Shown here in pieces: positions 38,018 to 50,772 of a stretch of DNA of 64,000 nt. A program made the translations under genes and the position numbers. Every line of letters begins with the position of its first letter. The stretch's first letter is position 1. The notes beneath the pieces were generated by a model. It searched no databases and was not told where the DNA came from. It worked only from the letters and a program-made list of their open reading frames with translations. This stretch comes from Botryllus schlosseri (Eukaryota), in the NCBI GenBank assembly GCA_051294905.1, contig CM119371.1, positions 21,330,001 through 21,394,000 of the forward strand. Direction: 5' to 3'.

Positions 38018-39193
38018 TCATGAATCTTGTTTTGTGTTGGATTCGACATTGAATGGTGTCACATGCACCTCACACATACGCATGCTTACTGTCGGTTTTT
38101 TCTTTTGCGTGTGGACGGAATAGTGACTTATGAGATGAGACGTTTTCGTAAACCCCTTTCCGCATATCTCGCACTCGTATTCCTTTGTTTTCAGGTGTAC
38201 TGTCTTCATGTGTAATTTAAGGTACGATCTTAAACGAAATGCTTTACCGCAAATGTCACACTCATGTTCCTTCTCTCCGGTGTGAATCGAATAGTGGTTT
38301 CTAAATAGGCATTGTTTACCGAAACTCTTTCCGCATACATGACACACATAATCTTTCGCGCCCGTGTGGATCGAATGATGTTTTTTCAAATCACACTTTG
38401 CTACGAAATCCTTTCCGCAGACATGACATCCGTAATCCTTCGTCCCGGCGTGAGTGAAATAATGACGTTTCATGTCAACATTGTGTCGAAAACGTTTTCC
38501 ACATACATGGCATTCGTGATCTTTGGCTAGTGTATGAATCAACGAGTGTGTTTTCAAATTACTCTTTAAAACGAAACCTCTCCCGCATATCGAACATATT
38601 TGATCTTTCACGCCGGCGTGAATCAAATAATGGTAGTTCAATTGACCTTTTCGTCCGAAACCTTTCCCGCATATATCACATTCGTAATTCGTTGATCCGA
38701 CATGCATAAAATAATGTGTTTGCAAATGAACCTTTGCTGTGAAACCTTTACCACATATATCGCACATGAACTCTTTAAATCTGTCGTGACATTTCATGTG
38801 GTTTTTCAACTCGTATTCGGTGATGAATCGTTGGGCACATACACCGCACTCGAACTCGTTCAAGCCGAGATGTCTTTTCATGTGTGTTTTCAAATGTGAT
38901 TTCTTGGTAAATAGTCTTCCACATATATCGCACTTGTGGTTTTTCATATCCTTATGGCATGAAGTATGAAATAATTGGGTACTCCTTTGCAAAAATCTTT
39001 TTCCGCATATGTCGCACTCAAACTCCTTAGCTCCGGTGTGAATATTCATATGGACTCTCATGCAAGACTTGGTCTTGAAGCATTTTCCACAGACCTCGCA
39101 GACATTGCCATTGCTGCCTACGAGATGTTGAAAATGGGGCTCCATCATTTTAAACTCGGTAGGAATACTTTGTTGCAGCGATGCTCGTGCCAT
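38018..39193 (-). CDS. Tandem C2H2 zinc-finger protein, 391 aa, 12 fingers, no recognisable effector domain
   Basis: 12 CxxC-x12-HxxxH repeats (finger 11 HxxxxH) with HTGAKE/HTGEKE-type linkers; in-frame TAA immediately before the ATG; acceptor-like TCTTTTCTAG on minus strand at about 39270 suggests a spliced 5' UTR. Confidence 0.9.
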   Translation of the reverse strand: MARASLQQSIPTEFKMMEPHFQHLVGSNGNVCEVCGKCFKTKSCMRVHMNIHTGAKEFECDICGKRFLQRSTQLFHTSCHKDMKNHKCDICGRLFTKKSHLKTHMKRHLGLNEFECGVCAQRFITEYELKNHMKCHDRFKEFMCDICGKGFTAKVHLQTHYFMHVGSTNYECDICGKGFGRKGQLNYHYLIHAGVKDQICSICGRGFVLKSNLKTHSLIHTLAKDHECHVCGKRFRHNVDMKRHYFTHAGTKDYGCHVCGKDFVAKCDLKKHHSIHTGAKDYVCHVCGKSFGKQCLFRNHYSIHTGEKEHECDICGKAFRLRSYLKLHMKTVHLKTKEYECEICGKGFTKTSHLISHYSVHTQKKKPTVSMRMCEVHVTPFNVESNTKQDS

Positions 39194-39843
39194 TTAATGC
39201 AGAGGCCTTTCCTTCAATGCGGTCGCAACTAATTTCGCGAATAATAGGTTTGATGCTGCGTGTTAAAATCTAGAAAAGATAACTGCATGTAATGTGGCTT
39301 TTCGAATTTCAGAATATCACTATCTTCACACAGCATTGCCAGAACAGGTTACAATAGTCATGAATTCATACACAGTCTAACATTGCATGGTCGCCATGCA
39401 AATCTTCTTGTGACAATGCTGTGGATCTATGTAAATGGAATTTTGAACTTGCCGGCATCACAAGTAAGTGATTTTACTTCTAAAAGCTTTGAAATGAAAA
39501 TCGCAGTATTATATAAACGTGAATACCCGAGGGCTGTTCACAAGTAGCATTGTCAGGGCTGTGCTAGTTGGCTTCATAGCAAGGGCATTGTTGCGTATTG
39601 TATCAGAGACAGTCGCAAGGATTTTATTACCAACGCAAAGCTCTCTAGTAGTCCAGCTGATTGGTTCTCAACCGCCGGTCCGTGGCAAATTTCCTACCGG
39701 TCCGCGCAGTATATCAGAATTTGATATCTCAATTCAAAATGAAAGAAGATGAACGCTTATCCACTAATCAGTGAAATAAAACATCAAAACATAAATTTAT
39801 TCATGAGTTACGAACGTATTTTCAGCATTATGTCGCAATAGAG

Positions 39844-40682
39844 CAGTGGCTCTGAAACCGGCGGCGTGAACGCATCATGAGTGGGCAACCAAGTCGCCCG
39901 AGAGAAATGATGTTTCTTAAATTCGGAATGAATATATTTTGCGTTGTAACTTACAACTTCCTACAACGACAATAATCGTGATTAAATCGTGATTTTAAAT
40001 GTAATAGTTACTTCGGTCCGTCCATACAACTATGGTAGCATTCAAAACAAAATTCAATTTAACACAAACATGTTAAGACATGTCTCTTTCAAATCAGGTA
40101 TCTTATATATTTAAAGTGAAGGGGCTTACACGGTCTAACTCCTGGTATAGTAAACTAGGACACATTTTGCAGAATGCCATTTATTATATGCCGATTTTTT
40201 GCAGCCCGAAAGTACTCAATTGAATTATTCTCTCGTCGAACACCTGCGATCCGTTGAGAAAAATAGTTTATAACTTAAAGAAGTGACAAGTTTGAATGGC
40301 GTGCGGCCCGCGCTATTGGTTTTCTACTTAGCCTATGATCATGTACCTTGGAGCCAAGCTCAAGTCGGATTAAAGATGGTATCAGATCCGATCGATAAAA
40401 TATGTATATGCTACTTTCTACCATCACACACGATTACGTTTGTAAACTTATAAAACTCATTATTTTTCATTCAGGTAATAATTATTACCCTGTGCACAGT
40501 CCGAATATCATATCCGAGAAGTTTTTTTTAACAGTCATAACCGTCCACGACATCAAACTATGTGTTGTGATTGCAATCATTGTGGTTGTTCTTTTCAAAA
40601 TAATTTTCGTATCACGATAAGGGGCCCTCGAAATATTTTAGTATCATGAAGGGTGCGTGTCTAAAAGGTTTCAGAACCACTG
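39844..40682. mobile_element. hAT MITE N
   Basis: TIR CAGTGGCTCTGAAACC / GGTTTCAGAACCACTG; TSD CAATAGAG / CAAGAGAG. Confidence 0.8.
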
Positions 40683-40992
40683 CAAGAGAGAGCTCATAGT
40701 CTACTTTGGGCGTAAGCCACAATGATGCAACAGCTTTACGAAACCGTGTAAATATAGGAGAATTTATTAGTGAAAGCCGCCGATTTAAAAAAAAGCGTCA
40801 CTAAATTTTGACCGTACGATTTGACAACACTATAATGGAGTTCTATAACAAATAGAATCGAGTTTACTTTCAAGGGATATCGAGAAATGATGATCACGTT
40901 AGTGTAGCCTACTTAGTGGTCTCTGACATGACTTCGCAAGCTTCGCCTTCTGTAGACAAGAATGGAATCACTCATTTATAACTACTAATAGG

Positions 40993-42090
40993 CAGGGCCC
41001 TAGCAGCACTTCGTCATCCCCAAAACCGTTGGTATTGGGCCTCCCACAGGATGATAAACCGGACTTCTGGGAGGGGGGGGGCTTCACATTTACCGGGAGA
41101 GCTGAGCGAGTTGTATTTGAAAAGGTAGGACCCCTCAATAATGTTCAACATCTTCGGGAGTATACCCGTTTGCAGGAACGAAACAGCACTTCGTCAGGCC
41201 CCCATAGGGTGGGGCTCCCATAGGGGCTCCCATGGGCTCCCATAGGGTGATAAACCGACTCCGCCTCCCATCATGCTGTTCACTTTTGTCACGAAATTAG
41301 CTGTACCGCTTCGTGAGCCAGCGCCAGGCGCGAAAATCTTCGATATTTCACGATAAAATCGGTCAATGAGATCGGGAATTGCATATATATTGCTATCAAT
41401 TTCATGTCCTCTCTGCTCACGTTATCAGATTTACCGTTGCCGCTGGGTGAGCTGTCGTGGAAACTGTAAGGCCCGTAAATAATAATTAAACATTTTCGCG
41501 CGGGTGGACCCGTTCATATGACTTCTTTACATTATTTCGTGACCTCCTGTCTGCTATATCAAAAAATATAGAGTCGGCCAAACGTGCTAAACTAAAAGAC
41601 GCACACGATTTCAAATTGGTAGCTCTTCACGGGCATATACTTTTCCCTGCGGGATGAAATTCGTCTTCTAAGGTTCAGATTGCCTAGACAGGAACATTCG
41701 GCGCCAGTCATATAGGCGCCTATGGACAATTAAACCTATATGTATTTTGTATATATAACGAAATTTTCGGTCAGCGTAAGGGCAGTCCTTTTCGGTCAAG
41801 GTTTTTACGCTATGCAGATCGTTCTGGCACACTTCTTGGAGTCGCATGTAATATGTCCTAAATCTTTATATATCTTGGTTCGTCGTGTCGCGGTATTGGC
41901 CAACGCCGATACGTCAATTTCTATAACTCTTGCGTGTTTTTTTTTCTTTTGGAAAGAGTACCAAATAATTAAGATATTTGGCTCCTTGAAATCGCGCCCA
42001 GCGCGAAAAATCTTTGCAAAGTTGCATAAACTTTCAAAAAATACTCGATAATTTATGCTAATTCACGAAATCATTTTGGACCCCCTTCGT
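40993..42090 (-). mobile_element. Family A copy, uninterrupted across the P insertion site
   Basis: Reverse complement of 140-602 plus 4080-4400; single CAAATTGG at about 41612 is the empty P target; CAGGGCC at 40993. Confidence 0.7.
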
Positions 42091-42299
42091 TGCGGACCAC
42101 CCTATTATGCATGAAGCTAACTGCATAAAAAATCAACACTAAACGAGCCTGCACCTTGACAATCTAGAATAGTTTTCTTGCTTTTTTAAAAAAGTTCTCT
42201 CGAAATACCCTGCTTTCCGTTTGTCAATATTCAGTGACTCTCTGCTGTGAGCTCGATCGGCGATCACATAACATCGAGAGCGAAATACACTATATAGGC

Positions 42300-43506
42300 C
42301 AGGGGTTCTCAGCCGCTCTTCGCCCGTGGCCCATTTTCCGGTTTGAAAATGTTCTGTGGCCCACCTCTTATTCATCCTAAAGTCATATAGTCCCGTTCAA
42401 GGCATGGTCATCGCTGGCGCCGATATGCCTATTTCTCCAAATATGCGCATTTTCTCTAACTGATCATTACACATGTAGATCTTCATATAGATGAAATCGC
42501 GCGAAGCGCGACGAAAATTTTCAAGTAGAGTAAATCTCCTCCAACAAACAAACGACCAACCAACGAAATTTGGGCCCTTTTGAGCTCCCCCCAATTGGGA
42601 GTTTTAGGTGCGGCAGTTACGGCCCTGGTAGATCATATAACTCTTGCGTAGGCCTACATTAATATGGCGGCTGTTCCACTCACGTTGCGAAACCCAATAA
42701 TCTAATCCCCGCCTCCACTAGGTGATTGAGTTTTAGTTCCACTATGGTGGGATTGGGGCTGGTCGAGCTTCAAACAATTCTTTTGTGAAAGGGATACTAC
42801 ACAGATGTGGAGAAAGAATATTTTAATGTTCAAGCTGTACAATGTAGGCCTACGTATAGTGTGTCCTGTATCTACTGAAGTTGCGATGTCAATCATTCCA
42901 TATCAATCTTACGTTATCTACAAGGATTTCAGGGCCAGAAATTTTAAACCAGCTCCAATACATTACGATTCGTTGCGGTGGTGCCGTTTACTTCGATAGG
43001 AAGTTGATTATTGATTATAAATTGCGATTATGGCTATTTTGATATTACAATATTACGACCTGCCAAGGCACCGTATATCTTCTTCAAATACACTTCTGTC
43101 CCAGTTTAATGCACACCCTTTGCAACGGCATACGACACACGACCCTGCTGGAATACTTGGTCACTTCAGCACTAACTTCAAGTTAATTTATAATAGAAAT
43201 TATTTTCGTTGCCGTCAACCGTAGGTTGTCGTAGCCGGTGGATAAAAGCCACCGTCTCCCCTCCCATTTACGACCTGTAGCCTACATTGTGAATCCATAC
43301 GTGCCACTACGTCCCGTTAGAGTCGGATGAAAAACCTAAGGTAGTCTACGTATAATTTGATAATATGAATATATTTTTGGAAGAATAACATAACAAATAT
43401 AACCAAATTTTCACTAGTTCTACAATATTCCAAATAGCTCTGTGGCTCACCTAAAATGCTCCTGTGGCCCACCAGTGGGCCATGGCCCACCCTTTGAGAA
43501 CCCCTG
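42300..43506. mobile_element. hAT MITE I
   Basis: TIR CAGGGGTTCTCA / TGAGAACCCCTG; perfect TSD ATATAGGC at 42292-42299 and 43507-43514. Confidence 0.9.
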
Positions 43507-43521
43507 ATATAGGCTATTGGT

Positions 43522-45249
43522 CAGGGGTTCTCAACTTCACATGTACAACGGGCCGCATCTTGCCCGCAAAAGACGCTGCGGGCCGCAAAACATTATTACC
43601 ATGCATTTGTGAGCTTCTATCAAATTTAGGCTAGTGGAGCCTATTTATTAGTCGTATACGGGCGTCTAGTCCATTTTATTGCATTTCAATGCATTATTGG
43701 TCACTTGGAGAGCGTTCGTAAGTTTTCAATCGCTATTTTTGCGAGAATATGTATCTTCCAGCGTCGCAAGTAAATCACCTCATGGAGCGTGTGTTGCATT
43801 CATTTCCAAGTCGGTATATTTACCTTATTATTATTATTACACGCGGTATTACTGTGACGCTTATCACCGTTTAGGACTTGTGCGTCACAACACAGGCACT
43901 TTTGTGTTACAACAGAGGCCATTATTTATTTGAGCTCTCAGTGAAATGAGAAGAAGTCTGGTTTCGGTATCATTTCAGAGCAAACCAATCAACCCATGCC
44001 TTTCCTTCCATGGCTGGAGCCCTCCACCAATAGTTACATAAGTAAACTTATTCAAATTGATGTTTTTCGTTGGTCAACTCCCCACGTTTGCCATGCCAGC
44101 ATTCCTTCTGCAAATATGTCCACTCTGATAAAAGGCACCAAGAAAATTAGCTATGCAATGTCTCTGAAGTCGGTGGATTCGTCCAATGCTATGCTAAAGT
44201 AGTATATGCAGCAACTTGTTTCAGAACATACGATAAAATGTCGACGGGCTACTCGTCTTGTCACGTTTGAATCGGACAACTTTAGCTTCAAAATTTGTCG
44301 GGTAATGTTGTCGTTGCTGCTAAGCAGTGTTACCTCTAACTTTGACGAGTCTGCCCACACTCATCAACTTACTGCGCAGACCCTTGGACAACCGTGCGTA
44401 AAGACTATAAAAAGGTCCTCATTTCGGATTTCTGTGCGCACAGATCGTGTCAGCACTGCGCATTTGCACGCGTGCCCAGATTGGAGGAAACATTGCTGCA
44501 AAGTCCCGGAAACAGAGAATATTCGCACTGTATGTTAAAGTATTAGTGAAATCACATCTTCTCTAGCAGATTTCTTGGGTTTAGCGATATTCCAAAGCGT
44601 CTGTAACGTCGTCGGCAATTTTAAAAATTCCTCGAACTACGGATTACTGGGCTTGATGCCTAGGTAGTAGGTAATAACGTTTTTTCCAAGATCAGGAGAT
44701 ATGTAACCTATAATAAACATTAGTTGTATCGTTTTAACCTTCTACGCTTCGTTACGACAACTGTTTTTTGACAAATATGACAAATATAGGTTTTCCATTT
44801 ATATATGAGAAAGCAAATTCATCAAATTCAAACTGCCTGGGTCCGCGGCCGTACACTGCTAACAAAGTCGCCACGCACAGAAAATCTGTGCCGCGCACAC
44901 AAAAAGCCGAAGTGATGACCTTTTTTCAGTCGTTACGCACCGTTGTCCAAGGGAGCGCGCGGTGAGTTGGTGAGTGCACGCAGACTAGTGAAAAATTAAA
45001 GGCCCATACCAATACTGATTCAGAACAATAACAATCTAAACTCGAGAACATATCAAGAGACCAAAACATGTCAAACAATGGGTATTTAAACGAAACAGCG
45101 ACGGTGCGATAAGAGAGCTAAGTAGCTAAATTAATATGCAACAATGCTGGACCAGTAATAATTGCGTTCGTAATGAAAGAGGCCGCCGGCCGCAAAATGG
45201 ACCTCTGCGGGCCGCATGCGGGCCGCGGGCCGCGGGTTGAGAACCCCTG
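43522..45249. mobile_element. Buster/Charlie-like hAT deletion derivative J
   Basis: TIR CAGGGGTTCTCAAC / GTTGAGAACCCCTG; TSD CTATTGGT / CTATAGGT; GCGGGCCGC subterminal repeats. Confidence 0.9.
43985..44310 (-). pseudogene. Buster/Charlie (GTF2IRD2-like) transposase catalytic-region relic
   Basis: LKLSDSNVTRRV, YFSIALDESTDFRDIA (first catalytic Asp motif) and a frameshifted APAMEGK (TDGAPAM motif region). Confidence 0.85.
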
Positions 45250-48200
45250 CTATAGGTAGTCAGCGAATGATGTTTATTCAATCAATCAATGAAATTGATA
45301 TCGTTGTCTGATGCAACAAATTTACCTGGCGTACGTGGTTATTCTTGATTTCACATGTATATTGTATCATAAAAACCAAATCCCTGCGATTGGGCTGTTG
45401 ATCACTGCTATATAACTTGCTAATGGGAAATTTCGGTAGCAAGTACATAGAAACACGTTTCAAACTCTGCTCAATATCAACGTAGCCATACTCAGACTAC
45501 GAATACATTGTCCGGTCTGGCCTACACCGTGCGTAAGCCTATATTCCCTTGCAACTCCTCGTCGAAATTGTTGGGGAAGCGACGAAAGATATTGATTCAT
45601 GGGATTAATATATCATTTGATTGCCCAAGTTCATACATTTGGCGACGATTAAACACCAATATGCACTGCAGGGATGTGGCACTATCTGGCCCTAGTCGTC
45701 GCTAGGTATCGTTTACATTAATATAGGCTATCAGTTTACTCAAATGTAGGGTTGAAACTAGCAATATGACGTGACGTGACGTCATGGGGTTCACGTTCGC
45801 GATCACGCAGAACCTGTCAAGAAGGTTCGCGTTCACACGAACCTGAATGTTTCAGGGGTTCACACCATCCCTAGCTACTATCGAAAAGGACGCAAAAATA
45901 AAGTTAGGAATATATTTGAGTTGGATACATTTAAGTTAATTAAAAGTTTTCAAGGTTCAGCAGTCCGAGACATTTGTTTCGAAGTTTTACAAATTCGCGA
46001 GGTCTAAATGGTTGAGAAACACTGGTCTGGATAGTACACAAGCTTAAATACTTGGATAGCATTCATATCAGTATGTATTGAATGATATCACATAACACAG
46101 TACGAGGCAATACATGCAATACGCAGTGACGCGGTGTTCTGAGATGATTAAAATAACAACAAAGTGATACTGACACTGACGTAATAACCACACAGTTATT
46201 GAATATTTACGAATTCGTCTTGTGTATATCTGCTACCCAATCGACATTTGATAAGCTTTTTGGCGTTCTGCTAAACCTCTACTTGCCATAACAAAACCGT
46301 ACCATTTCAAGAATGTATAGTACCATGTTCTATCATGCTAGCTAGACCCATAGATGTGATCAGCATTGCGGCAAAACCCGAGTCTTCAGCATCTTCTGAT
46401 TCAATATTTTGTGAATAAGGGATGTTAAATCCAATTTGGGTCGCGGGATGGAAAAGCGATAATGAGTGTTAAACTCATTTGGGTCTCGGACTGGAAAGGC
46501 GATTAGGTTTTTCGGATTAGTGGCAATCGTACTTACGCTTCAGTCGTCTTCACGTTTAGCTGTGTTCATGTTTATCCATCGCATACGACATTAATGCAGT
46601 GACCGAAAGATCTGCAGCAGACCAAAATCAATTGTAATCAAAGTCATAATGACAAGAATGTACAGACCTTCTTCATGCGAGAGCCGCGTATCTAAAATCT
46701 TAGTTTTAAAAGAGCCACAACACAAAAATTTAAATAGGCGAATTAATTTCGTCACAACGAAATGTAGGCTATCGAGTAAAGTTGACTACTGTGAGGCGAT
46801 ACTGTGCGGCTCCACTTGGGATGAAAGGTGTTTGAAATCAGGTGGCATGACCTCAAAGCAGTGCGGAGCAGTTCCTACAAGTACTGATGAGCAATTTAAG
46901 GGAGAATCCGGCAACGCAATATTATTACTCTCTAACTCTGTCTTCGATTGGTAACTCGTGGCAAAGTTTTAGTGTTTGCTTACATAATGATATTTCAGGT
47001 TAGAAGCTTTGAAATTACTGCACTGACCTTGACAGATATAGGGACAGTGTCTTACCTCCATTATCACTGAAGGCAAACTCGATTCCCATTCTGCTTTAAA
47101 AGTTCTATCTACCTATTCTTACTTTCCAACTTACTCAACGACATTTTCTTGGCCTAGCTCCACAATTATCGCTAGCCTTTGCCATGCAAATGGTACAGCC
47201 GCACTCACCATTGTAAGCTTGCAATTGATCATTGCCTGCGCTATCGTGAATAATTATCAGGTTCTATGTTGATTGAAGTGTTTATCATTGATTGATGAAC
47301 AATGAACATGTACGATTTTCGCGGGTGAAACGCTTATGTGCACTCGATTCCAGAATTCTGTTGCAATTTTCTAACCCTGTATTGTAGCGCCCTCTTCCGA
47401 GAAATTCTACAAGTGTTACGTAGACCACAAGGAAAGAAACAACACAAAAACAATATACATGCTGATAATACCAGATAAAACCCATCCATTTATAAACAGG
47501 TTGCGCCTCTCTAGCAAAATTGTGAAACGCATGTGCATTGTGCATTACAATCAGTAAAGATCCACATTATCGCTATATGTCTGAACGTGGAAACGATAGC
47601 TGGTTACTAATCCTCACTGACACAGTCTGCATTACGTGATATTCGAATTTCGAAGGTACGGTGGAATCGTTAGACTGGTATAGTGTTCTCATTCATTATG
47701 AACTGAGCGCGAGTTTCGTGGATCAGCGAGAGCTCGCGAGAACATGAATTTACAGCGAATTTCATCTGACTAACAACTGAAAAGTTTTTATACTGCAACT
47801 GTTAATCCTCTGCAATACCGCAGAGGAACTTTATACGCTTGAACAGTAATAAATGATATCATGGACAAATAAATCCGTTCGTGCCTCAATAATAATCATA
47901 GTAGTTTAGTAATATAGTATATACTACTAGCTCAACGCCGTGATTGCTTGTTGCGATGTTATCTAACAAAGTGATATATTGAATATGATACAAAATATAT
48001 CTTTAAGAATATCATAAATATGACCCGATGTAATGTTAACAGTAAATCTTGGCTTTGTTATACTACATGAAGCGACATATGGCGACTTGCAAATCTCAAC
48101 TTATGCATGGCAGAAAGAGCAGTGAAGCATCGGACGAAGCCGCTAATTTTCATCACATACAGCGAGAACGGCACGCCTCTCTGATCATCCTCTCAACTAA

Positions 48201-49311
48201 GTTTGAATGAACTAGATTCGCCCTAGCAAGGATGGACGGACATTGACAACCTGCGCTTTCAGATTAAAGCCGCTACCGCGAAGAGAATGCACCGGTGTGG
48301 TTTTAACCATGAAGTGTCAACTGATTGGACAGCCGTCGTGATTATACCTCAACCAACATCGAAATTTGAGTCATGTAAAAATATCACCGACATCACTCAT
48401 TATGCCTATAAACCGAAGTATTTTGGCGATATCGAAAATCGCATAGTTCATGTGAAAAATAAAAGTTGCTATCAAATCATTTCGGACCGCGACCCGAATG
48501 TTGAGTTTTATTGTCATCTCGTGACCAGGGTCTCGCAAATAGAAATGAATGCATTTGTGAGCACACTATGCCACGTTTGTAATAGCATGGACGGAATGGA
48601 GACGATGCAGTTGTACGCAACGCAGCTCTAAGTAAAATGATGCATTAGGCCTACACAAAAGTAATTAATTCGGGGATGTTGATGTCATATAAAATTTATC
48701 TTTCATACAGTGGTACTTATTTGCATTTACCGAGATAAAGTATCCTCGTTTGGTTACAGTTGTACCGCGGGTATCAGCTTGCAAGGACAGAACCATAGCA
48801 TAGATTCCCGTCAAATTAGACAGTACTTTTGGGCAAGGTTTTATCGACGCTTGGTACAGTACCGCACTTTCTGCAGCAGTACGTTGGATAACAACGACGT
48901 TTTCCTATGTCCCGTCGCAGAAGGGTTCGACCCTGACATATCTGTGTATAATATAGTTTCTTACATTTCGCATTCCTACATTAAACCGCTCTAAAAGGTA
49001 TTTGAAGTCGTCAAACGATACTATAGGAACATATTCACCTACTCATATGTACTAGCAATCCATTTCCAATTTCGAATAAGAATAAATTCATGTATGTAAA
49101 GTGTAGACTGTAGAAAGTTTGGCGGCAGTTTTGGTCCCAACTTTCTCGCTACACTTCCTCAGCGCAAATATTACCATCGCCGGTTCGAACTTTCCATTAT
49201 AACCACTCATAGACAGTTAGTTCTCATGTAGTTTGAAGTCCGGCAAACTACAATCATCACGTCATAATATCGTAACATAACGCATCCGCGAGTCTCGCTT
49301 ATCGGCTACAG

Positions 49312-49912
49312 CAGTGCTTTTCAACCTGTGTGACGGTTGGCACTTGTGCGAAAGAAAAAAAAAATGCAGTGCGAATGACGGAGGTGGTGCGAATAGCGCG
49401 AATGAAAATCCGGATCAAGTGCGATGACGAAGCTAGTGCGAATGAAGATCCGGATCAAGTGCGAATGAAGATCGTGATTAATTGTCGACTTTTCTGACGT
49501 GGAATAATTCAAATAAACCTTATAGGAAATTTAAGATATGTAGAATTTTTGTAGTTGCGACGCAATTGTAAAACTTGATATGATGCACCACTCATCGTAG
49601 CTCTCAATATTCCCGCACTCGAATTATTACGTAACCAAAAGCCTGGTTTGAAACTGGTGTTGTGGCCGTATATAGATCCCTCCAATGTCTATAGTGGCAG
49701 ACATACAGTACATCAGCCCGTCTTAGCCTGCGACAGACTGGAAAAATGACGTCATATTGACTTTCTGCCTTCTTTCACTGAACAATCATCATATTTTCAT
49801 AATAACTGTTCGATTTGCGCGAGGCACGAGGATAGTTGTAAATACCATCATTACAAACTCACATTTGCAAGTTACTGTAACGCAAATTTTTACCCCTACA
49901 AGGGTTATTAAG
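49312..49912 (-). mobile_element. Right-end fragment of family K (inverted)
   Basis: Reverse complement of about 8510-9018, with a local duplication of ATCCGGATCAAGTGCGA. Confidence 0.8.
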
Positions 49913-50772
49913 CGAACTCACTTGAATGGTACTTATGCAGCTGCATGTCAGAGGCAAGTATACAATTACGTGGTCGCGTTTTGGTATTCTTTGACTTCGA
50001 ATTCATATAGCCTCTTTCACAAGGATATATGGAGGTGATTGGAATAAATACTAGTAAGACACCTCTGCAAACGCGCTTGGGTGACCGTTACAAAAGACTT
50101 GCATCAAAATGGAGCAACATAATTCCACACGTATATAGGCGCTGACACTTATTATTTTACGAGGTGGCGAAGTCTTGTGACTTAATAATTGTTCCCTATC
50201 CATAACGTCATCGTCACACTAAAATGAACTGACGACTGTACACGTGCAGCGTTAAACTATTTGTGTGACGTTAGAATACCGACCCTGCACTCATTAACAT
50301 TAAACCATGAAGCCGAGTTATTAAATGGAATCTTGAAACCGTACGACGATCATCCGTCCGTCCGACGGAATTCATCGAAAAAAATCAGAATTTTCGTCGC
50401 TGAGAATCTGGAGTTACGTCACTGTTATTAACGCGCAATGCGCCGTGTGAGTAACGAAATACACTGCGCACTGGCAAGTAGCCAACGATAACTCTCGAAT
50501 ACGAGGTTCCAAGCAGACAATAATTATGATTACAAACGCGAAATCGCGCAGCCAATCAGCAATTGTCACTTGCGGTTTCTGGCTTCGTGTTGAGTAGCTC
50601 GCATCGCGACAACTGTTTGCAGATTAAAACCGCGATTTTGGCGGCATTGGTGCATTTCCCGGGTTACGCTCGCTAAGCATTTTTAGAGTACATTAGTGTA
50701 TATGCCGCAAATAGATCTAGGAACGATATATAACGTCCTATTCGCATTTAATGTATCGACTATGGGCTAGGA

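Larger units (their letters stand above)
39659..46024 (-). mobile_element. Probable old G-family element expanded by nested insertions
   Basis: 39659 onward matches the reverse complement of the G right end; 45995-46024 resembles the reverse complement of the G left end; flanks GTCCAGCT / GTCTGGAT (5/8). Confidence 0.5.

Noticed and set aside
48710..48994. Sushi/CCP-like exon (FGYSCTAGISLQG)
   Set aside because: Remaining Cys/Trp pattern not matched and the frame ends in a stop before the candidate donor.
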